From Eledone cirrhosa (Eukaryota), in assembly GCA_964016885.1 (NCBI GenBank), contig OZ024754.1:26288001-26352000 (forward strand): 64,000 nucleotides of DNA. The letters run 5' to 3'. Below, one piece after another: positions 11,272-25,650 of the stretch. Within the stretch, counting starts at the first letter, position 1. Every line of letters starts with the position of its first letter. A program made the translations under genes and the position numbers. The notes below the pieces were generated by a model, which saw only the letters and a program-made list of their open reading frames with translations, ran no database searches and had not been told where the DNA came from.

Positions 11272-11565
11272 AATAGTACACTGGATCTCCCTGCAACAAG
11301 TCTTAACACCCCGGCGGGCAGGCGCTGCAAAATAACACCCAGAAAACAATCCTTGCATACCAGACCCAGCCTCAGACAAACGGATGCGGCAAAAAAAAAA
11401 AAAAAAAAAATTTGTCCGGGAAAGACTGCCCTAACACCGGCCAGAGTTACCTCACTTGACCTGCTGCAAAATCAAAACAAGATATTTTTGCGAGCAATGA
11501 ACCTTGATGTGGATTTAACCCCCCAAACTCTTTCCGAGCAATATAAGGAACACTTGTGATTATTT

Positions 11566-11608
11566 ATGCCCTTGAGAAGTCCAACTGGGCGAAACGTACG
11601 TAGGTGAT
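11566..11608 (+). ncRNA. Putative hammerhead variant with core UUGAGAA (U3-A8); inverted copy at ~10690-10732
   Basis: gccc|TTGAGAA|g(t/c)cc-aact-gggc|GAAA|cgtacg|TA|ggtg. Helix I is weak. Confidence 0.5.
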
Positions 11609-11661
11609 ATTTTAAATAAACATGTTTTAACGGTCTATTCTCCGATTTTTTACTTTCCCAC

Positions 11662-11723
<62 letters not shown>

Positions 11724-11881
11724 ATACTTTGGGAGGGTCATGTTGCCAATAAGAAACACACGCACCAGTTGGTTTCACTTCAATTTATTATATATTTATA
11801 AATTTATAGATTTACAAATCTACAAACTTATAAATTTCTGGTTGGTTGGTTGGTTCCACAACCAGATAGTTGTTTATATAT

Positions 11882-11926
11882 AGTCATAGTCCTTTCGTCA
11901 CACACTCTGTGACCTCTTCAGTGACT
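11882..11926 (-). ncRNA. Minimal type-I hammerhead ribozyme (PLE pseudo-LTR)
   Basis: Minus strand: agtca|CTGAAGA|g|gtcaca-gagtg-tgtgac|GAAA|ggac|TA|tgact. Confidence 0.8.
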
Positions 11927-12146
11927 GGGGATTCCTTTCTTTGTTTCTGTGCCTTTCCTTTCTTCTGTCCTACGCCATTTTGTTTCTGTGTGTGTGTTGT
12001 GTGCTCAGTTTGCGCATGCGCCACATCCGGGTGTCTGTGTGTGTTTGTGTTCATTTATCTATTTGTTTATTTATTTATTTATTTATTTATTTACATGTTG
12101 TTGGTTGGTTGTTTGTTCTATGTGTGTGTGTGTTTTCATTTTGTCC

Positions 12147-13320
12147 TTAATTGTAAGTTGTGATGTTGCTGTTCCACTCATATTTTCTATTTAATTTTGG
12201 TTGTAATTCTTTTATGCTTACTGCCTCTGTAATTTGCCTAAACATTGCATCTTTTCTGTGTGTGGATTCTATTTTTATTTCTATGTTCTCTAATTTACTC
12301 TTGTGTTCTATCTTAGCATGTTGGTAGAGCACAGATGATTCTTTATTATCTTGAAGGTCTCGCCACTGTTCATTTATTCGTTCCCCTATACTACGAGCTG
12401 TCTCACCTATGTACACTATATTTTTGTTTCTACATTGTCCTTCAGTACATCTTATGCTATACACTACATTTCTAGTTTTACAGTTAATATGGGGGCTTAT
12501 TTTACAGGTTATACATTTCTTATCTATACATGAGGGTCTTTGGAACGGGTATGTCTTGCTAATAAGTGTTTTTACGGAGGTACCTGGTCTTTCTACTATC
12601 TTAATATTGAGTTTATGTTTATTTAGGGCCCTTCTAAATTTGTAGGCTAGTTCGCCTCTAGGGGTTGTATTGATGAACATTACACTCTGGTATTTATTGC
12701 TATCATACCATGAGTTTATTCTATTGGCCTTGTTCCTAGTTCTTTCTATTCTATTCCAAAATTTGCTCCTATACAAGGGGCAGGTCCCATTTATGTCATT
12801 ATTTACCATTTTTTCCCATTTGGTTCTGGCTCCTCTATACACTCTGATTCTATCTCTCTGATTGTAGCCAGAGAACTGCATACGGTGGATGAAGTGTTGT
12901 ATGTGTCTCTCTAGTTCTTCGGGGTTGCACATGCGGGACACATTTCTTATCACCCGTACCAAATCCGCAATTAGTAGGTTGATTTTGGTATGGTCCGAAA
13001 TGGCCGAGTTTCGGTGGATCAGATGTTTGGAAGTCATGGGTTTGGCATAATGGGAATGGAGGATTTGTTTTTGGTTGTTAATGGTATCTAACCAGAGCTC
13101 TGTGTCTAGTACAGGTAATCGATGGTTGGGGTGTCTACTTGGGTAGTCTATAGTAACTCTAATGCTCTGGTGGATGGAGTTTGCTATTTGCTGGATGCTT
13201 TCCATTGTGTTTTTCTCTAGTCCCTGACTGTTCTCTAGTGGGGGTGTCTTAACTACGATGTTTATATCATCTACGTAGCGGGAGTACATTATCAGGGTTA
13301 AGCTGTCTTCTAATTGTTCT
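12147..13320 (-). pseudogene. PLE RT C-terminal half (RYVDD, LPVLD, YAKPM) plus GIY-YIG endonuclease; possibly Naiad-type
   Basis: Uninterrupted 380-aa ORF with SRYVDD, DYPSRHP..LPVLD, a Cys cluster, NVVY, YIGETAR, RQITEA and LNRKYEW. The clade assignment is from memory and unverified. Confidence 0.85.
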
Positions 13321-13996
13321 TATTAAGATAGTAGAAAGACCAGGTACCTCCGTAAAAACACTTATTAGCAAGACATACCCGTTCCAAAGACCCTCATGTA
13401 TAGATAAGAAATGTATAACCTGTAAAATAAGCCCCCATATTAACTGTAAAACTAGAAATGTAGTGTATAGCATAAGATGTACTGAAGGACAATGTAGAAA
13501 CAAAAATATAGTGTACATAGGTGAGACAGCTCGTAGTATAGGGGAACGGATAAATGAACACTGGCGAGACCTTCAAGATAATAAAGAATCATCTGTACTC
13601 TACCAACATGCTAAGATAGAACACAAGATTAAATTAGAGAACATAGAAATAAAAATAGAATCCACACACAGAAAAGATGCAATGTTTAGGCAAATTACAG
13701 AGGCAGTAAGCATAAAAGAATTACAACCAAAATTAAATAGAAAATATGAGTGGAACAGCAACATCACAACTTACAATTAAGGACAAAATGAAAACACACA
13801 CACACATAGAACAAACAACCAACCAACAACATGTAAATAAATAAATAAATAAATAAACAAATAGATAAATGAACACAAACACACACAGACACCCGGATGT
13901 GGCGCATGCGCAAACTGAGCACACAACACACACACAGAAACAAAATGGCGTAGGACAGAAGAAAAGAAAGGCACAGAAACAAAGAAAGGAATCCCC

Positions 13997-14041
13997 AGTC
14001 ACTGAAGAGGTCACAGAGTGTGTGACGAAAGGACTATGACT
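13997..14041 (+). ncRNA. Minimal type-I hammerhead ribozyme (PLE pseudo-LTR, inverted copy)
   Basis: agtca|CTGAAGA|g|gtcaca-gagtg-tgtgac|GAAA|ggac|TA|tgact. Confidence 0.8.
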
Positions 14042-14280
14042 ATATATAAACAACTATCTGGTTGTGGAACCAACCAACCAACCAGAAATTTATAAGTTTG
14101 TAGATTTGTAAATTTATAAATTTATAAATATATAATAAATTGAAGTGAAACCATCTGGTGCGTGTGTTTCTTATTGGCAACATGACCCTCCCAAAGTATA
14201 ACAATATCGGTTTCAACACACGATTTCAGACAAAGAATCTTGCTAAACAAATTCAGAAACGAAATATATATATATATACA

Positions 14281-14609
14281 TGAAAACGTAACCATTTACT
14301 CAGTTTTGCTGTCTGATGAAATCCTTTCATATTACACACTCTACTACCCCAAGTATCGAGTATTCTGGTAGGTTACGGTCTACCTGTTTTTTTAAGACAC
14401 CCTATATATTGGAATATGTTTGACCCCCGACGGAAGAACTCAAGCCGTTTCGACGGCTATTTCTGGACTCAGAGTCCAGAAATTGCCGCCGAGACGGTTT
14501 CAGCTCTGCCGTCGAGGTCAAACATTTTCCTATTACCCACTCTACTACCCTAAGTATTGAATACTCTGGTGCGGTATGGTCCATCTGGTTCCTTACCACA
14601 TCTCCTTCG

Positions 14610-14610
<1 letters not shown>
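14281..14610 (+). repeat. Two short repeat units sharing a terminal module (attacccactctactaccctaagtat...); related copies at 9965-10040 and 15186-15262 on the minus strand
   Basis: Direct sequence similarity among four loci, all next to (TA)n. Confidence 0.65.
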
Positions 14611-14641
<31 letters not shown>

Positions 14642-14754
14642 TCCCACACATATATATATAGTTAAACATTGAAGGTGAAAATGCACAGAAGTATATTTAA
14701 AGATTATATTTTTTTTTATCTGACAGAATGAATAATTTTATAATTGTTGCATTA

Positions 14755-14797
14755 AATATAACTGGTTTCGCTTGGTGTAACAATCTTATCAAATATT
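14755..14797 (-). ncRNA. Hammerhead variant with a U3-A8 core (UUGAUAA)
   Basis: Minus strand: aatat|TTGATAA|gattg-ttacac-caagc|GAAA|ccag|TT|atatt. Confidence 0.6.
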
Positions 14798-15017
14798 AAA
14801 TATTTAAGAAATGGTTTTTTTCATGTATTCTGTGAGAAGTTTGAATTTATGGGAATATTCTTTCAAAATTTCTTAAAGAAAAAACAATCTTTAAATATTT
14901 GTGCATTTTCACCTTCACTTATATATAAGAAACACTTTGAAAGAAAATTTATATATATTAATATATAAACTGCTCACAGACTACATGGAAAAAACATTTT
15001 TTAAATATTTGATATTT

Positions 15018-15060
15018 AATATTTGATAAGGTTGTTACACCAATCGAAATCCGGTATATT
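15018..15060 (+). ncRNA. Hammerhead variant with a U3-A8 core (UUGAUAA), degenerate at the cleavage site
   Basis: aatat|TTGATAA|ggttg-ttacac-caatc|GAAA|tccgg|t|atatt. Confidence 0.5.
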
Positions 15061-15112
15061 TAATGCAACAATATAAAATTGTTCAGTTTGTCAGATTAAA
15101 GAAAAATAATCT

Positions 15113-15186
<74 letters not shown>

Positions 15187-15799
15187 CGGAAGAAATGTGG
15201 TAAGGAACCAGGTGGACCATAACGCACCAAAGTACTCAATACTTAGGGTAGTAGAGTGGGTTCTACTCGTTCCTATATATATATATATATATATATATGC
15301 ATACATACACATACACCCTTCACACACACATATATATATACGCTTAAATATATATATATATGTATGTATATATGTATATATATATATGTATATATACATA
15401 CATACATATACATATATATATATATGCAGACACATACCACAGTCACTCATACACTGACACGTTCGCACGCACATATGTACATACACACATACACACAAAC
15501 ATACATTTGCATACAAATTCATAGGTTGTTGTTGGACCTCCGTCGATTTCGATGACGAGTATTCCAGTTGTTTGATCAACGGGATACACAGCCTACTTGT
15601 GACATTAACATGTATGAAGCTGAGCACTCCCTATACACGCATTCCTTTAATTTATCTCTCATTGAGATTCAGATGGACAGAGTGTGTCAAGATTGGCCCC
15701 AAGCGACATGAAATAGAGTGCCTTGCTCAAGGATACAATGTTCTGTCAGGAATCATGACTTTACACTCATGAGCCGAACACACTATTTAGTTACCCACT

Positions 15800-17520
<1,721 letters not shown>

Positions 17521-17649
17521 GTCTCCTGTTTAGGAACAATTATCAGCTAAGATGTGACACGTGTAAACACCACAGCATTGCTACTGCCTCAGTATGACAC
17601 AGACAGGACTACTCTCAACACCAAACATTTCCTCTTGGATTTTCACTTA

Positions 17650-18239
17650 ACATACATACATACATATATACATACATACATATATACATACATACATACA
17701 TACATACATACATACATACACACATACATACATACACACATACATACATACACACATACATACATACATACATACATACATACATACATACACACATACA
17801 TACATACATACATACATACACACATACATACATACATACATACATACATACACACATACATACATACACACATACATACATACATACATACATACATACA
17901 CACATACATACATACACACATACATACATACATACATACATACATACATACATACATACATACACACATACATACATACACACATACATACATACATACA
18001 CACATACATACACACACATACATACATACATACACATACATACATACATACACACATACATACACACATACATACATACACACATACATACATACATACA
18101 TACACACATACATACACACATACATACATACATACATACATACATACATACATACATACATACACACATACATACACACATACATACATACACACATACA
18201 TACATACATACACACACATACATACATACATACATACAC

Positions 18240-18270
<31 letters not shown>

Positions 18271-19280
18271 TACATACATACATACATACATACACACACA
18301 GATACATACATACATACATACATACACACATACACACATACACACACACACATACATACATACACACATACATACACACACATACATACATACATACACA
18401 CATACATACATACATACACATACATACATACACACATACATACATACATACATACATACATACATACATACATACATACACACATACATACATACATACA
18501 TACATACACACACACATACATACATACACACATACATACACACACATACATACATACACACACACACACACATACATACATACATACATACACACACAGA
18601 TACATACATACATACATACATATATACACACATACATATATACATACATACATGCACCTTCAAAATATGCAAAACATTCTTGCGATTCAAGGGATGACAA
18701 TTTCTTTTCGTTTACAACCTTGCCACCAGGAAGGTGGCCGGTCAAAAAAATATACTCGAAATTAAGAGAAAGAGAAAACATACATACATACATACATACA
18801 CACATACATACATACATACATACATACATACATACATACATACACACATACATACATACATACACACACACATACATACATACATACACACACACATACA
18901 TACATAGATACATACGTGATGATGGCTGCCCCCTCGTTATTGAGTATGGCCATTGCACGAAAAACAAAAAAAATAATAAATAAAAAAAAAAAAATATATA
19001 TATATATACATATACATATATATATATATATACACACACATACATACATATATATATATACATACATATATATATATACATACACATATAGTAATAACAA
19101 TAATAATAATAACAATAATAATAAAAACAATAATAATATACATACATACATACATACATACACACATACATACACACATACATACATACATACACACATA
19201 CATACACACATACATACATACATACATACATACATACATACATACATACATGCATACATACATACATACATACATATAAA
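17650..19280. repeat. Long (ACAT)n/(AC)n array with short retroelement 3' ends inserted
   Basis: Seen directly; interrupted at 18654-18778 and 18915-18990. Confidence 0.9.
18654..18778 (+). mobile_element. 3' tip of a probable RLE (R4/Dong-like) LINE in (ACAT)n
   Basis: Near-identical to 61426-61558. Encodes ..TFKICKTFLRFKG*, resembling the ORF end GTVKIYKTFQKF at ~61170-61210. Confidence 0.55.
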
Positions 19281-19499
19281 TAAATAAATAAATATATATC
19301 TATATATATATTTGGCTGTATCATTTCAGATGAGATATATTTGATATATCTCATATGAAATGATACAGCCAATTTTCCACACAATACAATTAGTTAGCAC
19401 CCCGAACGTTTAATTAGGAATATACTCAGGTATTTCCTAATGTTTGTTGAGTGAGTTGGGATTTGGTCGGAGTATCGCTATTAGCTTCCTCCGATTATG

Positions 19500-19562
<63 letters not shown>

Positions 19563-19728
19563 TTCACGTTGCTCCTTCTACCCGGAGTTGCGACCGATAG
19601 ATAGTATTAACAATTGGAAAGACCAATGGAAACACTGTTTCCTTGGTCCGATTTGACGAAAGTCGATCGTTAGGAATATATATAAATGAATATATGAGAG
19701 GGATGAACACTGATACAAGTATAACTCA

Positions 19729-19760
<32 letters not shown>

Positions 19761-19927
19761 AGTTATTCCGGGTTGAATCGGAGGTAAACCACAGTAAGTA
19801 AGATACTCAATACATAGCAGAGTATAAATGAAACAGTTCTAGTCCGGTAGAAGCTCTTCTCTATTAAAACTATATATAATAATACACACACACACACATA
19901 TATGTGTATATATATACATATATATAT

Positions 19928-19973
<46 letters not shown>

Positions 19974-19974
19974 T

Positions 19975-20100
19975 ATTGTTATTGGTTTTGTTATTGTGCA
20001 GTTTTACTCAATCTTATTGTAAACCCCCCACTGTCCGTGTCTTTGTATTTTCCCCTACATGTCGGCCCTTGTGGCCAATAAATGAAATCATCATTATTAT
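19975..20100 (+). mobile_element. 3' UTR tip of a Tx1-like LINE with an (ATT)n tail
   Basis: tgtaaacccccactgt...gcccttgtggccaataaatgaaat resembles the 3' end of 2905-8608 and of 52872-52900. Confidence 0.55.
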
Positions 20101-21064
20101 TATACATACGCATAGAGTTACGGCCCTTGCCATTCTGAGTTCAAATCCCGCCGAGGTTAACTTTGCCTTTCATCCTTATGGGGTCGATAAAATAAAGTAC
20201 CAGTAATACACTGGGTATTTGCTGGTCTTGTGCCAAAAGTAGAAACAATTATTATTATACATACATACACCAGCTTGCACTGTGGGAAATTCCCTTCTTT
20301 AGCTTTTGATTTGAGATTGAGATCTCAACGATTTTTGGCCCTCGTTACGACAGTGTCCCCCCACCCCCCCTCACTCCAGCTCTACCAAACAACATTAATA
20401 CTAGCTGCTATCAGGGAATGCCCTGATTGTTTTATCAATCACTCTGTAGTGCAGTTTATTTTTGTCCCCTCTTCTTTATATTTGCAACCACCACAACAAC
20501 CAATCTCAGGACTGCTGTAAAACAACCTATGTACTGCTGTAACCACACCCCCTGGGTGCTACTCCAATCACTCCAAATATGTTTACTTCTACTCTCGCGC
20601 CTCGAATAATCGTCTCCACCCTGCTAATCAATTTTTCAGATTTTTTCTAACCCCACCCACTCTTATTCAACCCACACCCCGCTTATTAAATTTTCCTAGT
20701 CTAACTCCGGCGAAGTTTTATTTTAAGTAGTAGTATTCCTGCGACAATTAATTTTCTTTATACATAAAAAAACAACAGAACGTTATACATGACCAAAAAG
20801 TACATTATTAGAAATCCCATGCGTTATATCAAAAAGTAAATAGGATGGGTTGATGCCTCTAAACGACAAATTCTGGTTTTAAAAATAACCAACAGACAAC
20901 CTAGAAAAATTACCGATTTACGAAGCCCCTCTGCTTACACCCCCCCCTCCGCTTATTCCAAGCTTCCATCTATTATTTACAACCTGAGAGTATTATGGTT
21001 ATTCCTCGCACAGGGTTTGCTCTTTACCTCTCGACGTAAGTCTTTCTACCCTCTCTTAATTATA

Positions 21065-21255
21065 ACTGTTTCTACTTTAGGCACAAGGCCAGCAATTACC
21101 CAGTGTATTATTGGTACTTTATTTTAACGACCCCCGTAAGGATGAAAGGCAAAGTCAACCTCGGCGGGATTTGAACTCAGATCGTAAAGGGACGTAACTC
21201 TATGCTTCAAAGTATGGCGTCCGACCCTCTACCGATACTGCCGATCCACCGCCCT
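21065..21255 (-). mobile_element. tRNA-derived SINE of the dominant family; other copies at ~20107-20250, 24915-25025, 26436-26610, 26935-27105, 48475-48660, 58560-58730, 58900-59050, 59865-60030 and 62318-62505
   Basis: A-box-like tggcagtatcgg, B-box gagttcaaatcc, body gcctttcatccttacggggtcgataaaataaagtaccag, and a ggccttgtgcc..agtagaaac end. Confidence 0.85.
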
Positions 21256-21390
21256 CTTAATTGTAACGTGACATATTAGGTTAATATATATCATCACTCT
21301 ACTGTATTGTTCTCTCAACTCTTGTTTTTTCCTTCATAACTTCTCTCTCTCTCTCTCTTCCCCTCTCTCTTCCCCTTCTCTCTCACACTC

Positions 21391-21469
<79 letters not shown>

Positions 21470-21849
21470 CACACACACAAACACACACACATTTATTACT
21501 GGCATGTTAAAAAAGTAATGAACAATTTTTTATGTTTTTTAACTAAATTCAAGGACAGTATTTTATTTTATTTTATTTATTTATTTAACTGGCGGTGACA
21601 CACGTTGACCGAATCGACCATAGTATATTACTGGTATCATTTCGTGGAATCCCTGATTTATGAATGTTAAAACAAAATAATATATATATATATATATATA
21701 TCGCTATATTTGATTTGCTAAGCTGTCTGAACGTATTGTTATTACTCTGGGGGTACTTTTCCCCATCCGAGTGCTAAAGCTACAGACCGAATTTGCATTT
21801 GTTAGCTTGGCCGCGAACTAAAGCTTCGTTAATGCTGTACTAAAATTTG

Positions 21850-21961
<112 letters not shown>

Positions 21962-22197
21962 CTTTTGTTTTTTCCTATTCCTTTTCCTTTTCTTTTCTTT
22001 TGTTTTCCTTCTTCTTTTTTCCCCTATTCCAACGGCTTAATTTAAATGTATGGGATTTAAACCTCTCCGACACTAATTTGCATAATAGACCAATAATAAA
22101 ATTAGTAACCCCACTATCCGGGAGCTTCCAACAGACACGGTCGCATTCTTTTAAGGGTATGTCAATATTTGTTTATAAAACTGATCTATATTATATT

Positions 22198-22252
22198 TTA
22201 TCTGATGAAAGCGCACCATAATTTGCTTTGGTGTCCTTGAAATATGTATAAT
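22198..22252 (+). ncRNA. Degenerate hammerhead ribozyme in a (TA)n-flanked AT-rich element
   Basis: ttat|CTGATGA|aagcgcacca...tggtgtcctt|GAAA|tatg|TA|taat followed by AATAAA. Helix I register is imperfect. Confidence 0.5.
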
Positions 22253-22387
22253 TAAATAAATATGGTTTTATAAATATAGTTTCCATTTATTAATAGATTG
22301 TATTTTTACTCCAAACATTTGTTGAGTGCTTTATATCAGCTATAAAAATATTTGCTTGTTGTATCCCAACAAATTAAATATAACTTC

Positions 22388-22422
<35 letters not shown>

Positions 22423-22887
22423 TAATTGAATATAAAAGAGATAAAACAGATATATATGTGTTCAAATGGTAAGGGACCATATATATATATAACTTCGATG
22501 TTGGATTTAAGTAGAACACAAATTGGATTAATTCATTTAAAGTAAATTTGAAGAAACTACTTTATTGCTTCAATCATGTTCACCGCCGCCGCCACCACTA
22601 CCCACTGTCTGTGACTGTGTGTGTATACGTATGTGTATGTGTGAGTATGTGAAAGAGAGTTAGTGAGAGAGAGAAAGTGTGTGTATGCGTGTGTGTGTGA
22701 GAGAGAGTGGGGAAGTTAGGAAGAAAGAGTGTGTGTGCGAGAGAGGGAGGGAGGGAGGTTGAGACGGAGGGAAAGAGGAAGAAGGGGAGAAAGAGAGAGA
22801 TAGAGAAAGAGAGAGTGGGAGAGGAAAAGAGAATGGGAGAGAGAGAGAGTGTGTGAGTGAGTGAAGGAGAGAAGGCGAGAAGTAGAG

Positions 22888-22929
<42 letters not shown>

Positions 22930-23134
22930 GAGATGGAAAGCGAGAGTGGGACAGGAAAAGAGAGTGAGAGAGTGAGTGAGTGAAGGAGGGAAGGATAAAG
23001 AGAAGTAGAGAGAGAGGGAGAGAGAGGGTGAGAGAAGGAGAGAGTGAGTGAGGGAGAGAAGGAGAGAGAGAGGTGGAGTAAAGGAGTGTGTGATATATTC
23101 ATCTGTTTAAAGGTTTAGACATGCTGATAACAAC

Positions 23135-23413
23135 ATGGTGATGAAAAGTCGAAGTTTCTACAACTTTTCGATAATGAAGAAATTCTTATTGTTGATTGTC
23201 AGTTACGATACTTTTAGTGGCGGTACAGGTGTGATGGCAGGTGTAGCGACAGGTGTGAGAGCTGTATCAGGTGTGGCTAGTGGAACTGATGTAAAAAGTG
23301 TTACAACTGATGTAGCGACAACGTCAGTTCGACCTGCAAGTGGTCACAACTCAAGCATGAACAACGTGAATACCACCAGCACCAGCACCGCTACCACCCC
23401 CGCCATCACTACC

Positions 23414-23459
<46 letters not shown>

Positions 23460-24176
23460 CTAACAACAATAACAAAATCAACAATAACAACGTTTTTTTC
23501 ATCAACTACAACAACAGTGATATCAACATCAGCAACAACAACAACACCAATACCAACACCAGTGTCCGTAGCACGGACGATGATGTCGACTTTGAAACAG
23601 GGAGCCTAAGTTACCATTTCAGTGCCGAGGTACGACCTCAGCAACAACGTCATCTTCAATCTCAACAGGCAGCCCACAACGAGTATTATTACCACCATCA
23701 TCATCACACCCAACAACTACAACAACAACAACAACAACTACTACAGCAACAACAGCAGCAGCGCCATCACCACAACAAGAACAACTCTCACAAACAGCAG
23801 CAGCAGCTGAGCAGCTACGATGATATTATTGGCAACATGAGTAACGCCAATGACACCACCACCATCATTACCACCAACAACAGTGACCAAACACTAAGGA
23901 ACTACAAGAACAATAATAACAGATTCTGGATTAACGATATTCGGATACCTTTCTATATAATGATCTTCGTATTGGCCGTTGTGGGTAACTCGTTGGTTAT
24001 CCTTACTCTTCTTCAAAATAAACGTATGAGAACAGTGACCAATGTATTTTTGCTAAACCTCTCCATCAGCGATCTTCTTCTGGCAGTATTGTGTATGCCC
24101 TTCACCTTAATACCTGCAATAATGAAGGACTTCATTTTCGGGAAAACCGTATGTGTTATGATACGATATTTACAAG
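23135..24176 (+). CDS. First coding exon of a cholecystokinin/gastrin/sulfakinin-type class A GPCR (N-terminus, TM1, TM2, start of TM3)
   Basis: IRIPFYIMIFVLAVVGNSLVILTLLQNKRMRTVTNVFLLNLSISDLLLAVLCMPFTLI...DFIFGKTVC..IRYLQG, then a canonical donor G|GTAAGT at 24177 (phase 1). Kozak-like caacATGg; alternative ATGs at 23141 and 23174. Confidence 0.9.
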
Positions 24177-25585
24177 GTAAGTGATAATATATTTTTTTAA
24201 TTTTTAATTTTTAATTTTTTGTTCAATGTGGATTTTGTTTTTACTTGGCACTTCGAGAGGAAGGGGTTAACAGTTGCCCCCATACTACCACCAAGAGCAC
24301 ATAGATCTATATAGCTGATGATTTTAAAAATAAGTTCTAGTAGAATCATCGATTGAGTGAAGGATAAAAATACCTTGCGGTATTTAGTGATTTTCGTTTG
24401 TATTTTGAATAAAATTTCGTCTAGATCTTACCCTTTCATTATTCTTGAGATCGATGAATTAAAGTTCCAGTTAAGAACCGGGGCGATTTAATTGACTGTA
24501 CCAATTCCCCAAATTTTAAAGTTTCTTGCCTATGTTTTTCTTGCTTTGAAGCTCTGGAGGGAGGGACAGTGCCCATGGCCTCCACGGCTTCCCCGAAACA
24601 AAAAATGCTTGTAATCAATATATTTGTGAACGTTTGTGTTTGTAAATTTTAGTTACCTGATTGATATTTAAAGACACTTTTCTACCTGTGGTTCCAAATC
24701 AGAGTTACGTGAACAAACACGATCACATTGAAAATGTTGTTGGTTAATGTCTGTATGTTAGATGAAAAGTAACTTTTTATTCTTATTTCGTTTATCACAA
24801 ATTTATTATGTAAAATATTTTATTATGTAATATATTTGTGGATTGATCTTACATGCTTGGATCAACGTTTCCTGTGAAGGTAAATAAATGTTTTAGACAG
24901 CAAATTGTCAGAACATCGGTTAAATGTGTTATGGTGTTCGTTCTAGTTCTCTGAGTTCAAATCCTGCCATGATCAACTTTGCTTTTCATCTTTCTGAGGT
25001 CGATAAATAAAGTATCAGTTCATTTACTTCATCTCTGTGATCTCTAGAAGAAATCAGCTGTGTTCAGACACAATGAGGATTTTAAAATCATAGGCAGTGT
25101 CTTCCATAAGAAATATAATATCGGAAAGGTTAAAGTGTATATATTTATCTAAAAACCTTCTATCATAATTCTATGTTAGAACCTTTCTTAAGATAAGTTC
25201 CAAACACTGAGACAGCATCTTACATTAGAAATATGGCAACGAAAGGGTTAAAGTGTATATGCTTATCTAAAACCCTTCCATCATAATTCGAAGCTAATGA
25301 AAGGGATGAAAGAATAATGTCTGCCACTTAAATTTCCCATTGGCCCCAACCATACTACCTTAAATTAGTCATCGGAGGATTTGGTTTAATTTTATATATT
25401 CAAATATACTGGAAACTATCAGAGATAATTTGATTCCAGATATCAGATCAATTATACTAGAAAGTAGGATCGAAAAGGGAGAGATTGAGAGGATGAAAGT
25501 GATACAGAGATAGTGAGAATTTCGTATTTGAAGGCTCGTGTACACTAGTTATTCTCTCAATGGACCCTTAACACACGCAATCTTT

Positions 25586-25650
<65 letters not shown>

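Larger units (their letters stand above)
10634..11663 (+). mobile_element. Penelope-like element 3' fragment: GIY-YIG endonuclease bracketed by ~140-bp inverted repeats
   Basis: 10634-10773 is the reverse complement of 11525-11663. Internal GIY-YIG ORF; (TA)n at the 3' end. Confidence 0.8.
11717..14265 (-). mobile_element. 5'-truncated Penelope-like element with a ~890-bp inverted duplication of its 3' end
   Basis: 11717-12607 is the reverse complement of 13321-14205. RT plus GIY-YIG ORF on the minus strand; HHR in each arm; (TA)n flanks. Confidence 0.9.
14660..15120. mobile_element. Diverged fold-back element(s) carrying an HHR in each arm
   Basis: 14697-14810 is an imperfect inverted copy of 15000-15119, and 14670-14702 of 14890-14918. 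Confidence 0.6.

Noticed and set aside
14281-14335. GAAA-cg-TA...CTGATGA as a permuted hammerhead (also ~10000-10040 minus)
   Set aside because: Helices I and II cannot be formed convincingly.
19600-19680. Possible minus-strand hammerhead (CTAACGA...GAAAcagtgTT)
   Set aside because: Mutated core and no helix I pairing.
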